Below, piece after piece: positions 40,331 through 53,060 of a DNA stretch of 64,000 bases (its first letter is position 1; the number at the start of each line of letters is the position of its first letter). A program made the position numbers and the translations under genes. The notes below the pieces were generated by a model, which saw only the letters and a list, made by a program, of their open reading frames with translations, ran no database searches and was not told where the DNA came from. Where the stretch lies: assembly GCF_004010195.1 (NCBI RefSeq), contig NC_057758.1, positions 3,436,750 through 3,500,749 of the forward strand. Direction: 5' to 3'. The DNA comes from Chiloscyllium plagiosum (lineage: Eukaryota).

Positions 40331-41150
40331 GAATTCCAAACGCAGCCCTCACTGTCCTAAAATATCTGCAATTTCAATTCCAAGGTTTAGTTCATTATTA
40401 CTTGTGAAACGTTATGTGCCGGCGTGGCAAGGGAAAGCAGACATGCATGCGCACATTCTCACACAGATATATGTATACGCTCACACAAGAGTACAAAGTG
40501 AAGCGTGAGAGAAAATGGATGATGGAGGCGGGTGTAGGAGGAGACACAACTGGAGATATTAAGGAAAACAGTGAATATAGAAGGAGATGTAGTACATATT
40601 TAATAAGAGGAGGGGAGAGAGGGATTGAGCAACATGGTGGAGAACAGGAACAATCGAAAATACAGCGAAACAGCATCTAGAGTGAGAGAGTGATGAAACT
40701 GAAGAGAGAGTGAGTACGAGAGAGAGAGGGGCAGATGGAGAGAGACAACAGTGAAAAACGAAGGAAGAAGAACAGAAGGTTGAGTATGACCTGGTATCAA
40801 AGACATCCCAGAGTTCTGAGCAAAACAAGTATTTACAAAGCGCTTTCTTTGTTATTGGCAATCGATTTGTACACTGAAAGCTCTCACATTCATCCGAATT
40901 GTAATACGTAGAAGAGCTGTGTTCACTCTCCGACTGACGGGGTAACTACTGGCGCCAAGGCAGTAGGGAGAACTCTGTGACTGCATCACGAGGCGTGGCC
41001 AATCCATAAGAAAGAGGAGATTGTGTGGAAATCTGCAATTCATTGTACCAAGGTGAGCTGAATGTTTCGCAACGACGCAGAATGATGTTCATTTGAGCAC
41101 CTGAAGAGCAACCCATTGAACTGCTCTATTTAAATGACCACAGTTGGAAC

Positions 41151-41268
41151 CCAATCCGCAGAGGGCCTGGGGGACTTTTCATTATAGAATGATCTGAAAT
41201 CTCATATAAAGGGCGACCGCGATCCACTCATCTCACTGCTCATCTGAGGAGGTCAGTGTAAGGTAAGA
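41151..41268 (+). promoter_or_regulatory. Candidate Pol II promoter and short first exon
   Basis: CCAAT 41151-41155, kappaB-like GGGACTTTTC 41171-41180, TATAAA 41205-41210, donor AAG|GTAAGA at 41263. Confidence 0.5.
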
Positions 41269-41689
41269 AAAGCACTGAACTTGATCCTTACAATCTTGAT
41301 GCTGGTGGAAACTTTTATTATCAACATATGATATCATGTTTTTCTTTCACCGGTTACATCTATGAATGCTCAATTTGTTCATGTAATGATTGGCTCAGGC
41401 AGTGCCCATTCCGACCGTCAAACGTGCACTGTCACTAAAGTGGATCGTGGTTGATCTGTGCCTTTGTACCATCAGCAAATTGTAGTTCTCGGATTTGAAA
41501 AAAAAAAACTCTTTCCAGATGGAAAGATATTAAGATGGAAAGATATCGAGTAATATGATAAAATAAATTGCATGATCATTTTGAATAGTGTAACCAAAAC
41601 GACTGCCACCACGATCGATCATTTGTACCCTCGTATCTCTCTCTAACATGTAGCATTTGGGGGATAAATTCCATTAATTCTATACCACG

Positions 41690-42865
41690 GTGTGTGTGTG
41701 GGGATGGATGTGAGTGTGTGGGTGGATGTGTGTATGTTTGTGTGGATGTGTGTGCGTGGGTGTGGGTGTGGGCGTGTAGGGTATGTGGGTGTGTGTGGGG
41801 TGTTTGGGTGTGCTGCGTGTAGGTGTGTGTGTGAATGGTGGTGGATGTATGGGTGTGTTGGGGGTGCGTGCATGGGTGTGTCGGTATGTGTAAGTGAGTG
41901 TGTGGGTGTTTATAAGCGTGTGTGTGGGTGTGAGGCGTTGTAGGTTTGCGTGTTTCTGTGTCAAAAAGTTGCAGTAAAAGTTGTGTGTGTGTGTGTCTAT
42001 GTCTGTGAGTCAATGCTATTAGGAGACTCCCCCCCCCATCCACTCCCCTGAAAGGCAGCAGCAGCAGTAGGCATGTTGTTGGTGTCCAGTCTGGCTGCCC
42101 CAGAGAGGGTATGGGAGCCGATGGGGTGGGAGCCGGGCAGTGTTGGATGGGTATTGGGATGGGGTTTGGAGTCGGGGAGGGGGCAGTGTTGGAAGAGGTT
42201 TCAGGTGGGTGGGGTATGGGGAACAGGAATGGGGGCAGGCAGGGGGCGGTGTTGGACAGGGATTGGGGCAGGCGGGGGACGGTGCTGGATAGGGATTGGG
42301 GCGGGTGGGGGGCGGTGTTGNNNNNNNNNNNNNNNNNNNNNNNNNNNNNNNNNNNNNNNNNNNNNNNNNNNNNNNNNNNNNNNNNNNNNNNNNNNNNNNN
42401 NNNNNNNNNNNNNNNNNNNNNNNNNNNNNNNNNNNNNNNNNNNNNNNNNNNNNNNNNNNNNNNNNNNNNNNNNNNNNNNNNNNNNNNNNNNNNNNNNNNN
42501 NNNNNNNNNNNNNNNNNNNNNNNNNNNNNNNNNNNNNNNNNNNNNNNNNNNNNNNNNNNNNNNNNNNNNNNNNNNNNNNNNNNNNNNNNNNNNNNNNNNN
42601 NNNNNNNNNNNNNNNNNNNNNNNNNNNNNNNTGTCTGTGTCTGTGTATGGGACTGGGTGCGTATGTGCGTGGATGGGCGTGAGTGGGTGTGTATGTGGTG
42701 GTGTGTGCCTGTGTGTGTCTGTTTGTGTGGTTTGTGTGTGCATCTGAATGCGTCTGTCATCTGTGTGTGCGTGTGTGTGTATGTGTGTGTGTGATCATCT
42801 GTGTGTTTGTGTACCTATGTGCGTCTGGGCGTGTGTCTCTATGCGTCTCTGTGTCTGCCTGTGTG
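41690..42865. repeat. TG-rich low-complexity tract with a G-rich ~33-bp minisatellite (42110-42320) and an assembly gap (N 42321-42631)
   Basis: Direct reading; GGTG(T/C)TG recurs at 42248, 42281 and 42314. Confidence 0.9.
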
Positions 42866-44349
42866 CTCATATCCAATCCCTCCACAGATCTGAACATTCA
42901 GGATGGATCAAAAACACTCAGAGACAGAGGGAGAGACCAATTGGCAGACACCGTCCTCAATATTTATTGCCAGTATGGCAGAGGGCAGGATCATAAGGAT
43001 GTACGAGGCTTCAGTATCAAAAGAAGCTGTGTGGAAGGGAAGGATCGGGAGTCTGTGACTGCCATCTCCCCATCCCCATTATATCCATTCCACCGCGTGC
43101 TCACACATGGAAGACGGAGAGCGTCTGGACCATCAGCAGATCTAAAATCACCAACTCCTTCGCCTGGCAACAATGGGTGCCCTGGTAGCACTTGGCTGTG
43201 ATCTTCAGCTCGTCCCCTCGACAGGGCTGCTCTCAGCACAGGCCTCTCACCACCTCGCATTTGCCTCCAGTCTCAGCGAACATAACCAGCGGAGTCAGCT
43301 CACTCGCTCACCACATCGGGATTACCGACGTTGATCGATGGGCATGTCTCACCTGAACAGCCAGGAGGGGGCGTGAATAGGGTCGGAGGGATCACGCATT
43401 TCCAACATTAGTCTCCGCAAACAAACACCCATGCAAAACTTTTGACTCTGTTACTTATTTTCCATTTTCTGACAGAGTGTGGATGTGAGGCATTGGGAAT
43501 CTACCACCACGCCCAGAAAATAAACCTCTAATCCTGCCCCAGAAACCTGTGTCTCCCAATTGCTCTGTTCTCCAGCTTCAACGTAGATATCGAATTCAAT
43601 GATTGCTGTCTATTCACACGGGCTGTGCCTGACCGGCAGGATCTGGCAACATATGTGGGTGCCTACTGGATTGTCACAGAGACTTGTGCTGAGGCACAAG
43701 AGAAAGAGTTTCTTTTTATTATTTTAAAGGCATCAAGGGGTGTGGCGTGCAATTGGGAAATTGATGATAAGTGAGAGGATCAGCTGTCAGCAAACTGAGG
43801 GACTGATCGGCTGAATCCTGCTCTTAGGTAATGTATTTCTGGATCTCACCTTGTGTGTGTGTTTGTGCTTCCCTCTGGCTGGCTGTCCATCTGTTTGCTT
43901 CACTGGTCCTCAAAGGCTCAGTGCCAAGCAAACAGGAGGCTCTGCCAGAGAACGGACTAACAGGGAATGGAGGGTGCCTGGGGCTAGTAGGGTTGTGTGA
44001 AATCAGCTTGGGCCAGCAGTCTCCTTGCAAACTGAGAACCAGCCTCTCAACAAGCCCCCGCACGCCTTATGTGGTGGCGATTCACCTTGGTAGATGAAAT
44101 GCCTCCCTGGCAAAAGGTCGGCCACGGACAGAGACAGGAGTTCAAGGAGGAGGAAGAATACTCCTTTCATCTTCAGGTGAGTTCCTCCGAACCTGGAGAA
44201 AGCAGAGCGAATTTGAAACCGTTTACATTCCCAGTTGCTCTGGAATTGTTTCCAACAGCCCCACGTCAAGGGGCAAGTGAGAGTTAACCCTCCAACCTGT
44301 TATCTGGAGACAGCAGAAAAACATCGGACTGTAAATATTGGCAAAGACT

Positions 44350-45180
44350 CCCAACGCCTATCTTTGTCTCTCACTTTGTTTCTGTCTTGTCCTCATACTC
44401 TCAACCTTATTTCTATTTTGCTTTCACTTCATCAATCTTATGTTTCCCACTCTCTGTCTTTCTCTCACCTTCTGTCTACCTCTTTTCTTGCTCACTCTCC
44501 CTGTCAGTCGCTCTCTTTATCTCTCTGGCTGTGCCTGTACCCCTGTTTCACTGTCTCACACCTTCTCATCTTTCTCACTCTCTCTGTCATTCTATTGTCC
44601 CATTTACTCCCTCACTGCATCTCCCATGTATATCTTACTCTGTTTTTTTTTGTTCCTGTCTCTCGGCCTTTCACTCGCACATTTCTCTCATACTGTCTCC
44701 TCTTTCTCATATATTGCCGAATCTGCCTTTTTCTTTCACTGTCTCTCTGTCATTCTTGCTGACACTCTCATGCCATCTACATCTATATTTATTTATGTAT
44801 GTATATATCATTCTTTCATCTCTTTCGCTATCGCTTCTCACCCTTACTCACACTGACTCACTCATTGTCTCTCGTCTCAGTCTCAGTCACTATGTAACAA
44901 TCGGAGTAACTCCATTTCGCTTACCACCTCCCACTCTCTCTGCCTTCCTTATAGCTGTGAATTTGCGTGTCTCTCATTTTTCCCTGTCGTTTCTCCCTCT
45001 CTCAAAAGTTCTGCCATTCTGTCTCTATCTGTCGTGCTCTCTGCTTCGCTGTCTGCCTCTCTCCGCCTCTCTCACTCTCCACTCCTCTCTATAACGTTCT
45101 CACACACTGTCTCTTGCTCTCAATCTCTCTCTCTCTTTGTCTCTGTCTGTCTCTCACTTTCCCAATGCAGCTGTCTGATT
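44350..45180. repeat. CT-rich low-complexity tract
   Basis: Degenerate (CT)n; similar tracts at 31040-31170, 34720-34990, 40500-40780 (GA) and 53680-54030 (GA). Confidence 0.85.
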
Positions 45181-45442
45181 TCTTTGTCGACACTGTTCGC
45201 TGTTTACACTGATTTGCAGATGTTGATTCCGGATTCTGCTCCCACTGAACTTTCACCAGTAGTTTTTCCTGTGAAACACTTTCCTGACTTAGACGTCCGG
45301 ACTATATCCCCTGCTTCACCTTCTTTCCTCCAAAGTGCACTTCCCTTGTCTGAGGGTTCGTCTTGGGTGTTGCTGTTCAGCGCCGGGATACTGTGAGGAG
45401 CGATTATGTACAAGATCCGTCCGAACTCCTTGGAGCTGTGTT

Positions 45443-45575
45443 TCCTGATTAAGAGCTTTTGCCCGAAACTTCGGTTTTACTGCTCCCCGGATGCTGCCTG
45501 AACTGATGTGCTTTTCCAGCACCACTCAAATCTAGACTCTGATTTCCAGCATCTGCAGTCATTGTTTTTACCTTG
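45443..45575 (+). mobile_element. Penelope-derived short element with degenerate hammerhead motif
   Basis: CTGATTAAGAGC-TTTT-GCCC-GAAACTTC..GGATGCTGCC..GCTTTTCCAGCA; homologous to 18187-18267. Confidence 0.65.
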
Positions 45576-45859
45576 TTCTGAACCGAACATCCCCACAACG
45601 AGACGATTAGACTGTCATCGTTCCTTGGAGTAAGGAACTCGACAGGCTGATTCCATGATTGCTTTAAATCATTCATATCTGTTCTCACCCTATGGTTGCA
45701 CTAGCTCACTGCATCGTCATTTCAGAGACCCGTTCGAAATTTCACCACCCCCATCACTAGCCAATCTGCTGGTCATTTTCTCCAATCTCACAGGGCGTCA
45801 GAGAGACGGCTGTTCGAAGGTATCTGTTTAGAATCCCAATGGTAGAGAAGCAGAATACT

Positions 45860-46760
45860 GAATGGCCTGTACAGCGTGGATGTTGAGAAGATGTTTTCAT
45901 TGGTGGCAGAGACGAGAATCCGAGGCACAGCCTTGAACTAAAGGGTTGACCTTTCAGAACGGAGATAATGAGATCTTCTTTTCAGCCAGATCGTTGTGGA
46001 TCTATGAAATTTGTTGCCATACACGTCTGTAGATGTCAGGTCATTTAATATATTTTATATAGAGATCGATAGCTTTTGAGCATCAAGGGTGTCAAGTGTT
46101 GCGGGGACAAAGCAGGAAATGAGGTAGAGAAACCAATCAGCCAAGAGTGAATGGTAGAGCGAGCTCGGTGGGCTGAATGACCTATCTTCTTCCTCCAAAG
46201 TATTTAACCATTCGGCCTATCGAGTTCACACCGGCGCTCCAAGTAGCATTCCGGTCTATATTTTTGCAGAGATCCAGCCTGCACAACCCTGTGACATTGT
46301 GGGAAAACGTCCCATGGCCAATTCACCCGCCCCTGCACAGCTTTGGACTGTGGGAGGAAACTGGAGCACCGAGAGGAAACCCATGCTCATACAGGGAGAA
46401 TGTGCAAACTCCACACCGACAGTCCCTAGAGACTGGAAATGAACCTATGTGCCTGGCGCTGGAAGGCAGCAGTGCTAACCACTGAGCGAAATTACTACTT
46501 GCGCTCCTGGTAGATAGCGATCCAGAGCACATCTCCCACCACAGGAGCAGAAGTGTCCATTCAGCACATCAAGTCTGTCGTGCCATTTAATGGGACTACA
46601 GCTGATCTGACCAATCTCTCCTGCAGCGTCCCTGTCTTTCCCCCTTAAACCATAATTCCACACTCATTAAAAATCTCTCTCATTCTTAAACTTGGATATA
46701 CTGAATAACCCAGTATTTTCAGCCCTCTGCGGTAAAGAACTAAATAGATTCACGTCCCTC
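45860..46760. mobile_element. Cluster: LINE 3' end (+, ~45860-46190), HE1-like SINE (-, ~46200-46487), LINE 3' end (-, ~46520-46760)
   Basis: SINE V-domain complement GGGAGAATGTGCAAACTCCACAC and head complement GCTAACCACTGAGC. Confidence 0.75.
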
Positions 46761-46769
46761 ACAGCACAA

Positions 46770-49700
46770 TCACTCCAATATTGTGGAGATCCCACAGCAC
46801 TGACACTCTGAGAGTACCTACACCCTCAGCTCTCACCATCTGACAATGCCTATTCCCTCAGCACTGAACCCAAACAGTGCCCATTGCCTCAGCACTGAAC
46901 TTCCAACAGTCCGTCACTCCCTCAGATCTGAACGTCCGATCATGCGGCGCTCCCTCAGCACTGAACATCCAACAGCCCACTCTGACATTGCCCACTCCCT
47001 CAGCACTCAACGTCTAACAGTATGGCACTTCCTTAACACTCCCGCCAACAATGCGGAACTCCCTCAGCACTGAGTGTCTGACAAAAGGGCACACCCTCAG
47101 TACTGAGCCTCCAACAGTAAGGAGCCCTATCTGAACTGAGCCTCTGACAGTGCAGAGTTCCCTCATATCTGAAACTCTGACAGTGCGGCAAATCCTCAGC
47201 TCTGATACTCTGACAGTGTGATACTCCCTCAGCGCTGACAATCTGTCAGTGTGGCACGCCCCCAGCGCTGACCCTTCAACAGTGTGTCATTACCTCAGCA
47301 CAGACGCTCCAACAGTGCGGCACTCCCTACGACAATGTGGAGCTCCATCAGCACTGACACTCCAACACAGCCGAGCGCCCTCAGCCTTACCTTGCATCAG
47401 TGCAGCGCCCCCTCAGCACTGAATCACCGACAGACGAGCGTTTCCTCAGAACTGACCCTCCAACAGTGCAGCGGTCTATCAGCAGTGACCCTCGAAAGTG
47501 TGCTTTCCCTCAGCACTGACCCTCGACAATGCATGCTCCCTAAGCGCTGACCCACAAACAATGCAGCATTCCGTCAGCACTGAGACTCCGAATGCATGGC
47601 ACTGGCTCAGCAATGACCCTCCAGCAGTGCGGATGCCCCGATCGCTAAAGCTCTGGCAGTGCCCACTCCCTTAATACTGACCCTCCAACAGTGTGGCGCT
47701 CACTCTACATGGACCCTTCGACCATGCACAGCTCCATCAGCACTGACCCTCTGATAGCGCGGAGCTCCCCTAGCACTGACCCTCCGATAGTGGAAACTCC
47801 CTCCCACTGACACTCCAATAATGCAACACGCCCTCAGCACTGATCATCTGACCGTGTGTGCCCCGTCAGCACTGGGCCTCGGACAATGTGGAGTTCCCTC
47901 AGCATTGTCCCACCAACGTGGGTCACTTTCTCAGCACTGACCTTCTGGCAGTGCTGTCCTGCCTCAGCGTGATCCCTCATCCTGTGCAATGCTCCCTCAG
48001 CGCTGACCGTCCAACTGTGCCCATTATGTCAGCACAGACCCTCCATCCGTGTGACATTTCTTCAGCACTCATCTTGCGACAGTGAGGCACTCCCTCAGCA
48101 GTGACCCCCGAACGTGTGGTGCTCCCTCACCGCTGACTCTACAAGAGTGCCTACTGATGCAGTTCTGATCCTCCGACCGTGTGGCAATTCAACAGTTCTG
48201 CCCCTGCAACAGTTTGGCCTTCCACAGCGCTGGCACTCTGAAAGTGGAGATACCCTCAGCACATACGCCCTAACAGTGGCCACTCCCACAACGCTCCAGA
48301 AGTCCCACGTTGCCGCAGCACTGACACTGCAACTGTGTGGAGGTGTTCGACAGTGTGGCACTCCCACAGCACTGACCCTACAACAGTGGGACACTCCCTC
48401 CAACAGAGCAGAGTAGCCTGAGCACTGAGGCAATGTCAGATCCACTCTCGCCCTTCACTGACCCAATGACAATGGTGCACATCCTCAGGACTGATCGTCC
48501 AACAGTGCGACACTCCCTCAGCGCTGGCCCTCTGATACAACCGAGCTCCCACAGCCTGAAACTGCGTCAGTACAGCACTCCGTCAGTGCTGAGCCTCGGA
48601 CTGTTTACGTTTCCTCATTACTGACCCACTAACAGTGCAGCGCTCTATCAGCACTCACCTTCCAAACTGCATGCTCCCAATGCACTGACGCTCGACAGTG
48701 TGTTATTCCTCAGCACTGACCCTCTAAGAGTTCCACAATTCCTCAACACTGACAGTGCGGAGCTCCATTAATGCTGACCCTTCGACTGTGTTTTACTTCA
48801 CCAGCACTGACACACCAACGGTGCTGTGCTTCCTCAGCAGTGATCCTCTGACAGCGCGGAGCTCCCTCAGCACTGACCCATCAAATGTGTTGCGCTCCCC
48901 AGCACTGAACCGCCAACAGCGCGGCATTCCCTCAGCACTTACCCACCAACGGTGCTGTGCTTCCTCAGCACTGATCCTCTGACAGCGAGACGCTCTCGCA
49001 GCACTGAACCACCAACAGAGCAGCGCTCTCTCAGCATTGACCTTCTAACAATGCCCACTCCCACATCACTGATCCAGCGACAATGTGGAGCACACTCTGG
49101 TCTGACCATCTGACAATCCAGAGCTCCAACAGCACTACCCCTCTAGCAGTGCGGCACCCATCAGCAATGACGCTCTGAGAGTGCCCACTCCTTCAGCACT
49201 GACCCTCTGACATTGCGGCATTCTCTCAATACTGACTTGTCTTTCCCCAGCATCGACCCTCCAATAGTACTGTTCCCGTTAGCACTGAATCCCTGAGGAT
49301 GCAGAGCTCCTTCGGCACTAAACGCCCAATTTCTCTTCGACAATGTGGAACTCCCTCATCACTGACCCTTTGATAGAAAGACACTTCCTCAACACTGACT
49401 ATCCAAAACTGGGGCACTCCACCAACACTGACTTTCGAGATTTTGGCATTCCCTCAGCACTGACCGTCTGAATATGCCCACTTCGTCAGCGCTAAACCTC
49501 CTATAGAGCCCACACTCACAACTCTGAATGCACAAGTGTGCCCACTCCCACGACACTGTCCATACAACAGTGCTGCACTTCCTCAGCACTGACAGTCCGT
49601 CAGTGTGGAACTCGTTCAACACTGACCCACAAACAGTTTGTGGCTTCCTCAGCACTGACCCTATGACAGGTGCCACTGTCCTTCAACACTGGCATTCGGA

Positions 49701-51895
49701 ACATCAAGAGCTCGCTCAGCCCAGAGACTTCACCAGTGTGACACGACCACAGCACTAAGCCTCCAACACTGTGGCACTCCATCCGCTCTGACCTTGCAAC
49801 AGTGCCACGCTCACTCAGACCTGACACTCCGACAGTGTGGAGCTCTGTCAGCAATCACCCTCCAATAGTACGGAGATCCCTCAACGCTGAAACTCCGACA
49901 ATGTGCGGCTCACCACCGAGTCTTCAACGATGTGGCACTCTCTCAGCATTGACCATCGAACATTGCAGCAAGCCTTCTGAATTGATCTTCCAATAGTGCG
50001 GCACTTCCTCAGCACTTACCCTCTGACAGTACGGCACTCTCTCTGCACTGACCCACCATTAGTGCTGCGCTCCCTCAGCACTGGCCTTTCGAAAGTGTAG
50101 CACGCCATCAGGTGGTCACTCAGCACCAACCCTCCAAATGAGGAAACTCCTTCAGTACTCACACTCCGGCAATACTAGCTCCGTCAAGCTGACTCTGCTA
50201 TAGTTTGGAACTCCCTCCGTGGTGATCATCCAACAGTGTGGCACTCCCTCAACACTTACCCTCCAACAGAGTGTCATTCCCTCAGGCTGACCATCTAACA
50301 GGGCCACACTCCCTCAGGACTGACCCATCAACAGGAGCGAACTCCCTCAGCACTGACCTTTTGACATTATCAGCATGCCCTCACCACAGACCCCCCAACA
50401 GGATAGCATCGCCTTCGTGCTGTCCCCCTGAGAGTGCTGCATTCCCTCAGCATGAACCCTGTGAAAGTCCCTACTCCCTGAATACTGACTCTCTGACAGT
50501 GCGGAGAACCCTCCACACTGATTATCAATCAGTATGGTACTCACATGTCACTGACTCTCTGAAATTCCACACTCCCACAGCACTGAACATGTAACAGAGC
50601 GGCGCTAATTTAGCACTGTGCCTCCGACTGTGGGGTATTCGCTTCAGCGCTGACCGTCCGACAATGCGGCTGCACTGACGTTTCGACAGTGTGGGACTCC
50701 CTCTGCTCTGACCCTCCAACAGTGCGACACTCTAACATTATCAGTTCCCTCAGCACTGACACTCTGACAGTGCGAACTCCCTCTACACTGACCCTTTGAC
50801 TGTTCCTGCTCTTTCAGCACTTACTCTCCGACAGTATGGAATCCCCTCTGCACTGATCCTCCAACAAATAAGCGCCCCACAAGACTGACCCTCCGAAAGT
50901 GCCCGCTCCCGCAGCACCGACGTTCCACCAGTGCATGTGCACTCAGTGCTCTCGCTCCGATAGTGCACGGTCCCCTACTCCAACAATGCAGTGCTCCTTT
51001 CGAACTGGCCCTCGACAGTGCGTCACTCCCTCAGCACTGACCTTCTGACAGTGCAACACACCCTTACTAGTGACCTTACAATGGTGCGGCACATCCTCAG
51101 TGCTGACTTTCCGACAATGCGGCAGTCCATCAGTACAGAACCTCTGACAAAGCCCTTTCTTTCGGCACTGAATCTCCGACAGTGCAGCACCCAGTAAAAA
51201 CTGACTTTCCACAGTGGGGAGCTCCCTCAGCGCTGACACCCCGACTGTGCCCGCTCCACCAGCACTGGCCATCCAACAGTACCCACTGCCTAATCGCTGA
51301 CCCTCCAACAGCGCGACACTCCCGCAGCACTGACCCTCCAATAGTGGTCGCTCCTTCAGCAGTGTCGCTCCATCAATGCCCACTTCCTCAGCACTGATTT
51401 TCAAATAGTACGGCACTCTCTCAATGCTGAACCTCCCACAGTGCAGTGATCCCACAGCACTAACCCTCCAACAATATACTGTATCTGAGCACTGACCCAC
51501 CAACAACACCATCTGCCTCACAACTGAACTTCTAACTGAGCCCATATCCTCAGCACTGATCCTTTGATAGTGCTGTAACACACAGCACTGACCATGTGAC
51601 AGAGCCTGCTTCCCCAGCACTGAGCATCTAAGGGAGACTGCTTCCTCAACACAGTGTGTCTCACAGAGCCGACTCTGTCAACACTGACCCTCTGACAAAG
51701 TCCCCTTCCTCAGCAATGACCATCCAACAGTGCGTTGTTCCATCAGCACTGACCTTCTGACAGTGCTGTGGTCCCTCAGCACTGACACTCCGTCAGAGGC
51801 CGCTCCCCCAACACTGTGCAGCTGACAGTCCTGACTCCCCATCGATTGACTGCCCAACAGTGTGCAGCAGCCTAAACACTGACCTCTGAGAGGCA
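46770..51895. repeat. Diverged ~33-bp satellite array, ~5.1 kb (roughly 150 units)
   Basis: Consensus approximately CCCTCAGCACTGACCCTCCGACAGTGCGGCACT; period 33 (e.g. 47741/47774). Confidence 0.92.
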
Positions 51896-52171
51896 TGAAC
51901 ATCCCCAGACATCATGATGATTGTCTCCATCCTATTCTTCTGGTTGGAGCTGAACAGACTTACAATGGGTGAAGTGGGATTTTGCCACGTTGCGATGGCA
52001 CTGTGATTGTGACCAGGTTGGAGTTATAAGATACCAAAGTACGTCCCCATTTTCTGGCATTCCCCTCCCACTTACCCCACCCAGGCCCCCTAAATCCTGG
52101 TCAGTGTGAGCACACACTATTCCTAACGAGTAATGAGAGACAGACAATACCCAGTGATCAATGCAGTGAAT

Positions 52172-52177
52172 TTTATT
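52172..52177 (-). terminator. Polyadenylation signal of the defensin-like gene
   Basis: AATAAA ~140 nt after the stop codon, followed by GT-rich sequence (GGGTATTGTCTGTCT). Confidence 0.7.
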
Positions 52178-52315
52178 GCCTTGTTTCAGAAAACAGTGGC
52201 TCAGACTATTATCGTGTATACGTCATTAAGCTGAACCCGAATTTCAGAATGGGCGGACAGCATCAGTTGAACCTCAGTCATGCCTCGCCTTGTGACACAT
52301 TTGGTTTTTCCTCCC

Positions 52316-52434
52316 TCAGCTATTCCAACAGCAGTACTTGTTCCCGGCACATATCCCATTGAGAGTAGTCTCACTCTTGTCACACGGCCTTTGTTTACAA
52401 GTTGCACCCAAACTCTTACAATCGCTGAAGAAAC
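52316..52434 (-). CDS. Beta-defensin-like peptide, last coding exon (mature peptide)
   Basis: Acceptor TTTTCTGCTTCCCAG at 52436-52435, phase 1; (G)FFSDCKSLGATCKQRPCDKSETTLNGICAGNKYCCWNS*, i.e. C-x6-C-x4-C-x10-C-x5-CC with GxC. Confidence 0.85.
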
Positions 52435-52589
52435 CTGGGAAGCAGAAAACGCGTTTCATTATTATCAACAGTCAGTGTATACGTAGGGTTCAACCAAGAG
52501 ATTGAGAGAGCTATACTGTGCAGTGTAGTTTCACGGAGGGATAGGGAAAGAAGAGCTATCCAAAGTGCTCAAAGTGTGTTCTAACCGAT

Positions 52590-53060
52590 ACTGAGAACAC
52601 AACTGTGCACTGTGCTAATGTGTGGTGCAATTGAGTGTTTTCAAGCAGAATTGTGCATAATGATTTAGTGTGGTGTAACTGAGAAATATAGATAGCAGAA
52701 TTGTGAACTGTTCTTTACATTTACTGCAGGTGAGTGACATTGTGAGCAGAATTCTGCACTGCGCATTTTATGTGGTACAACTGAGAAATGTTGAGAGCAA
52801 AAATTGCACTGTGCTTTATATTTGGTATAATTGAGAAATATTGCGAGCAGATATGTGCACTGTGCATTATATGGGCTGTATGTGAGGAACATTGCGAGCA
52901 TAATTGTGTATGCTGTTTTCTGTATGGTGTAACTGAGAGATATCGGGAGCAGAATTGTGCACACTTCCTTATATGTGGTGCAATGGATAATTATTTAGAG
53001 AAGAATTGTGCACTGTGTTTTAAGTACGGTAAAAGTGAGGGACACCGAGAACAGAATTAG
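52590..53060. repeat. ~51-bp tandem repeat, 9-10 copies, inside the defensin intron
   Basis: GCAGAATTGTG-like core recurs at 52645, 52695, 52746, 52797, 52847, 52897 and 52949. Confidence 0.88.

Noticed and set aside
41576..42794. Long ORFs spanning 41.6-42.8 kb
   Set aside because: They run through the N gap and simple repeats
46770..51895. CRISPR-like array of palindromic ~33-bp repeats
   Set aside because: Units are contiguous with no unique spacers, there are no cas genes, and the context is vertebrate; it is a satellite
46770..51895. Iron-responsive elements or RAG RSS heptamers (CAGTG motifs)
   Set aside because: CAGTGC sits in the stem, not an apical loop; I saw no heptamer-spacer-nonamer arrangement or V/J segments
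52201..52486. ORF-track frames 52201-52407(-) and 52280-52486(+)
   Set aside because: Shadow frames overlapping the defensin exon; no recognisable features
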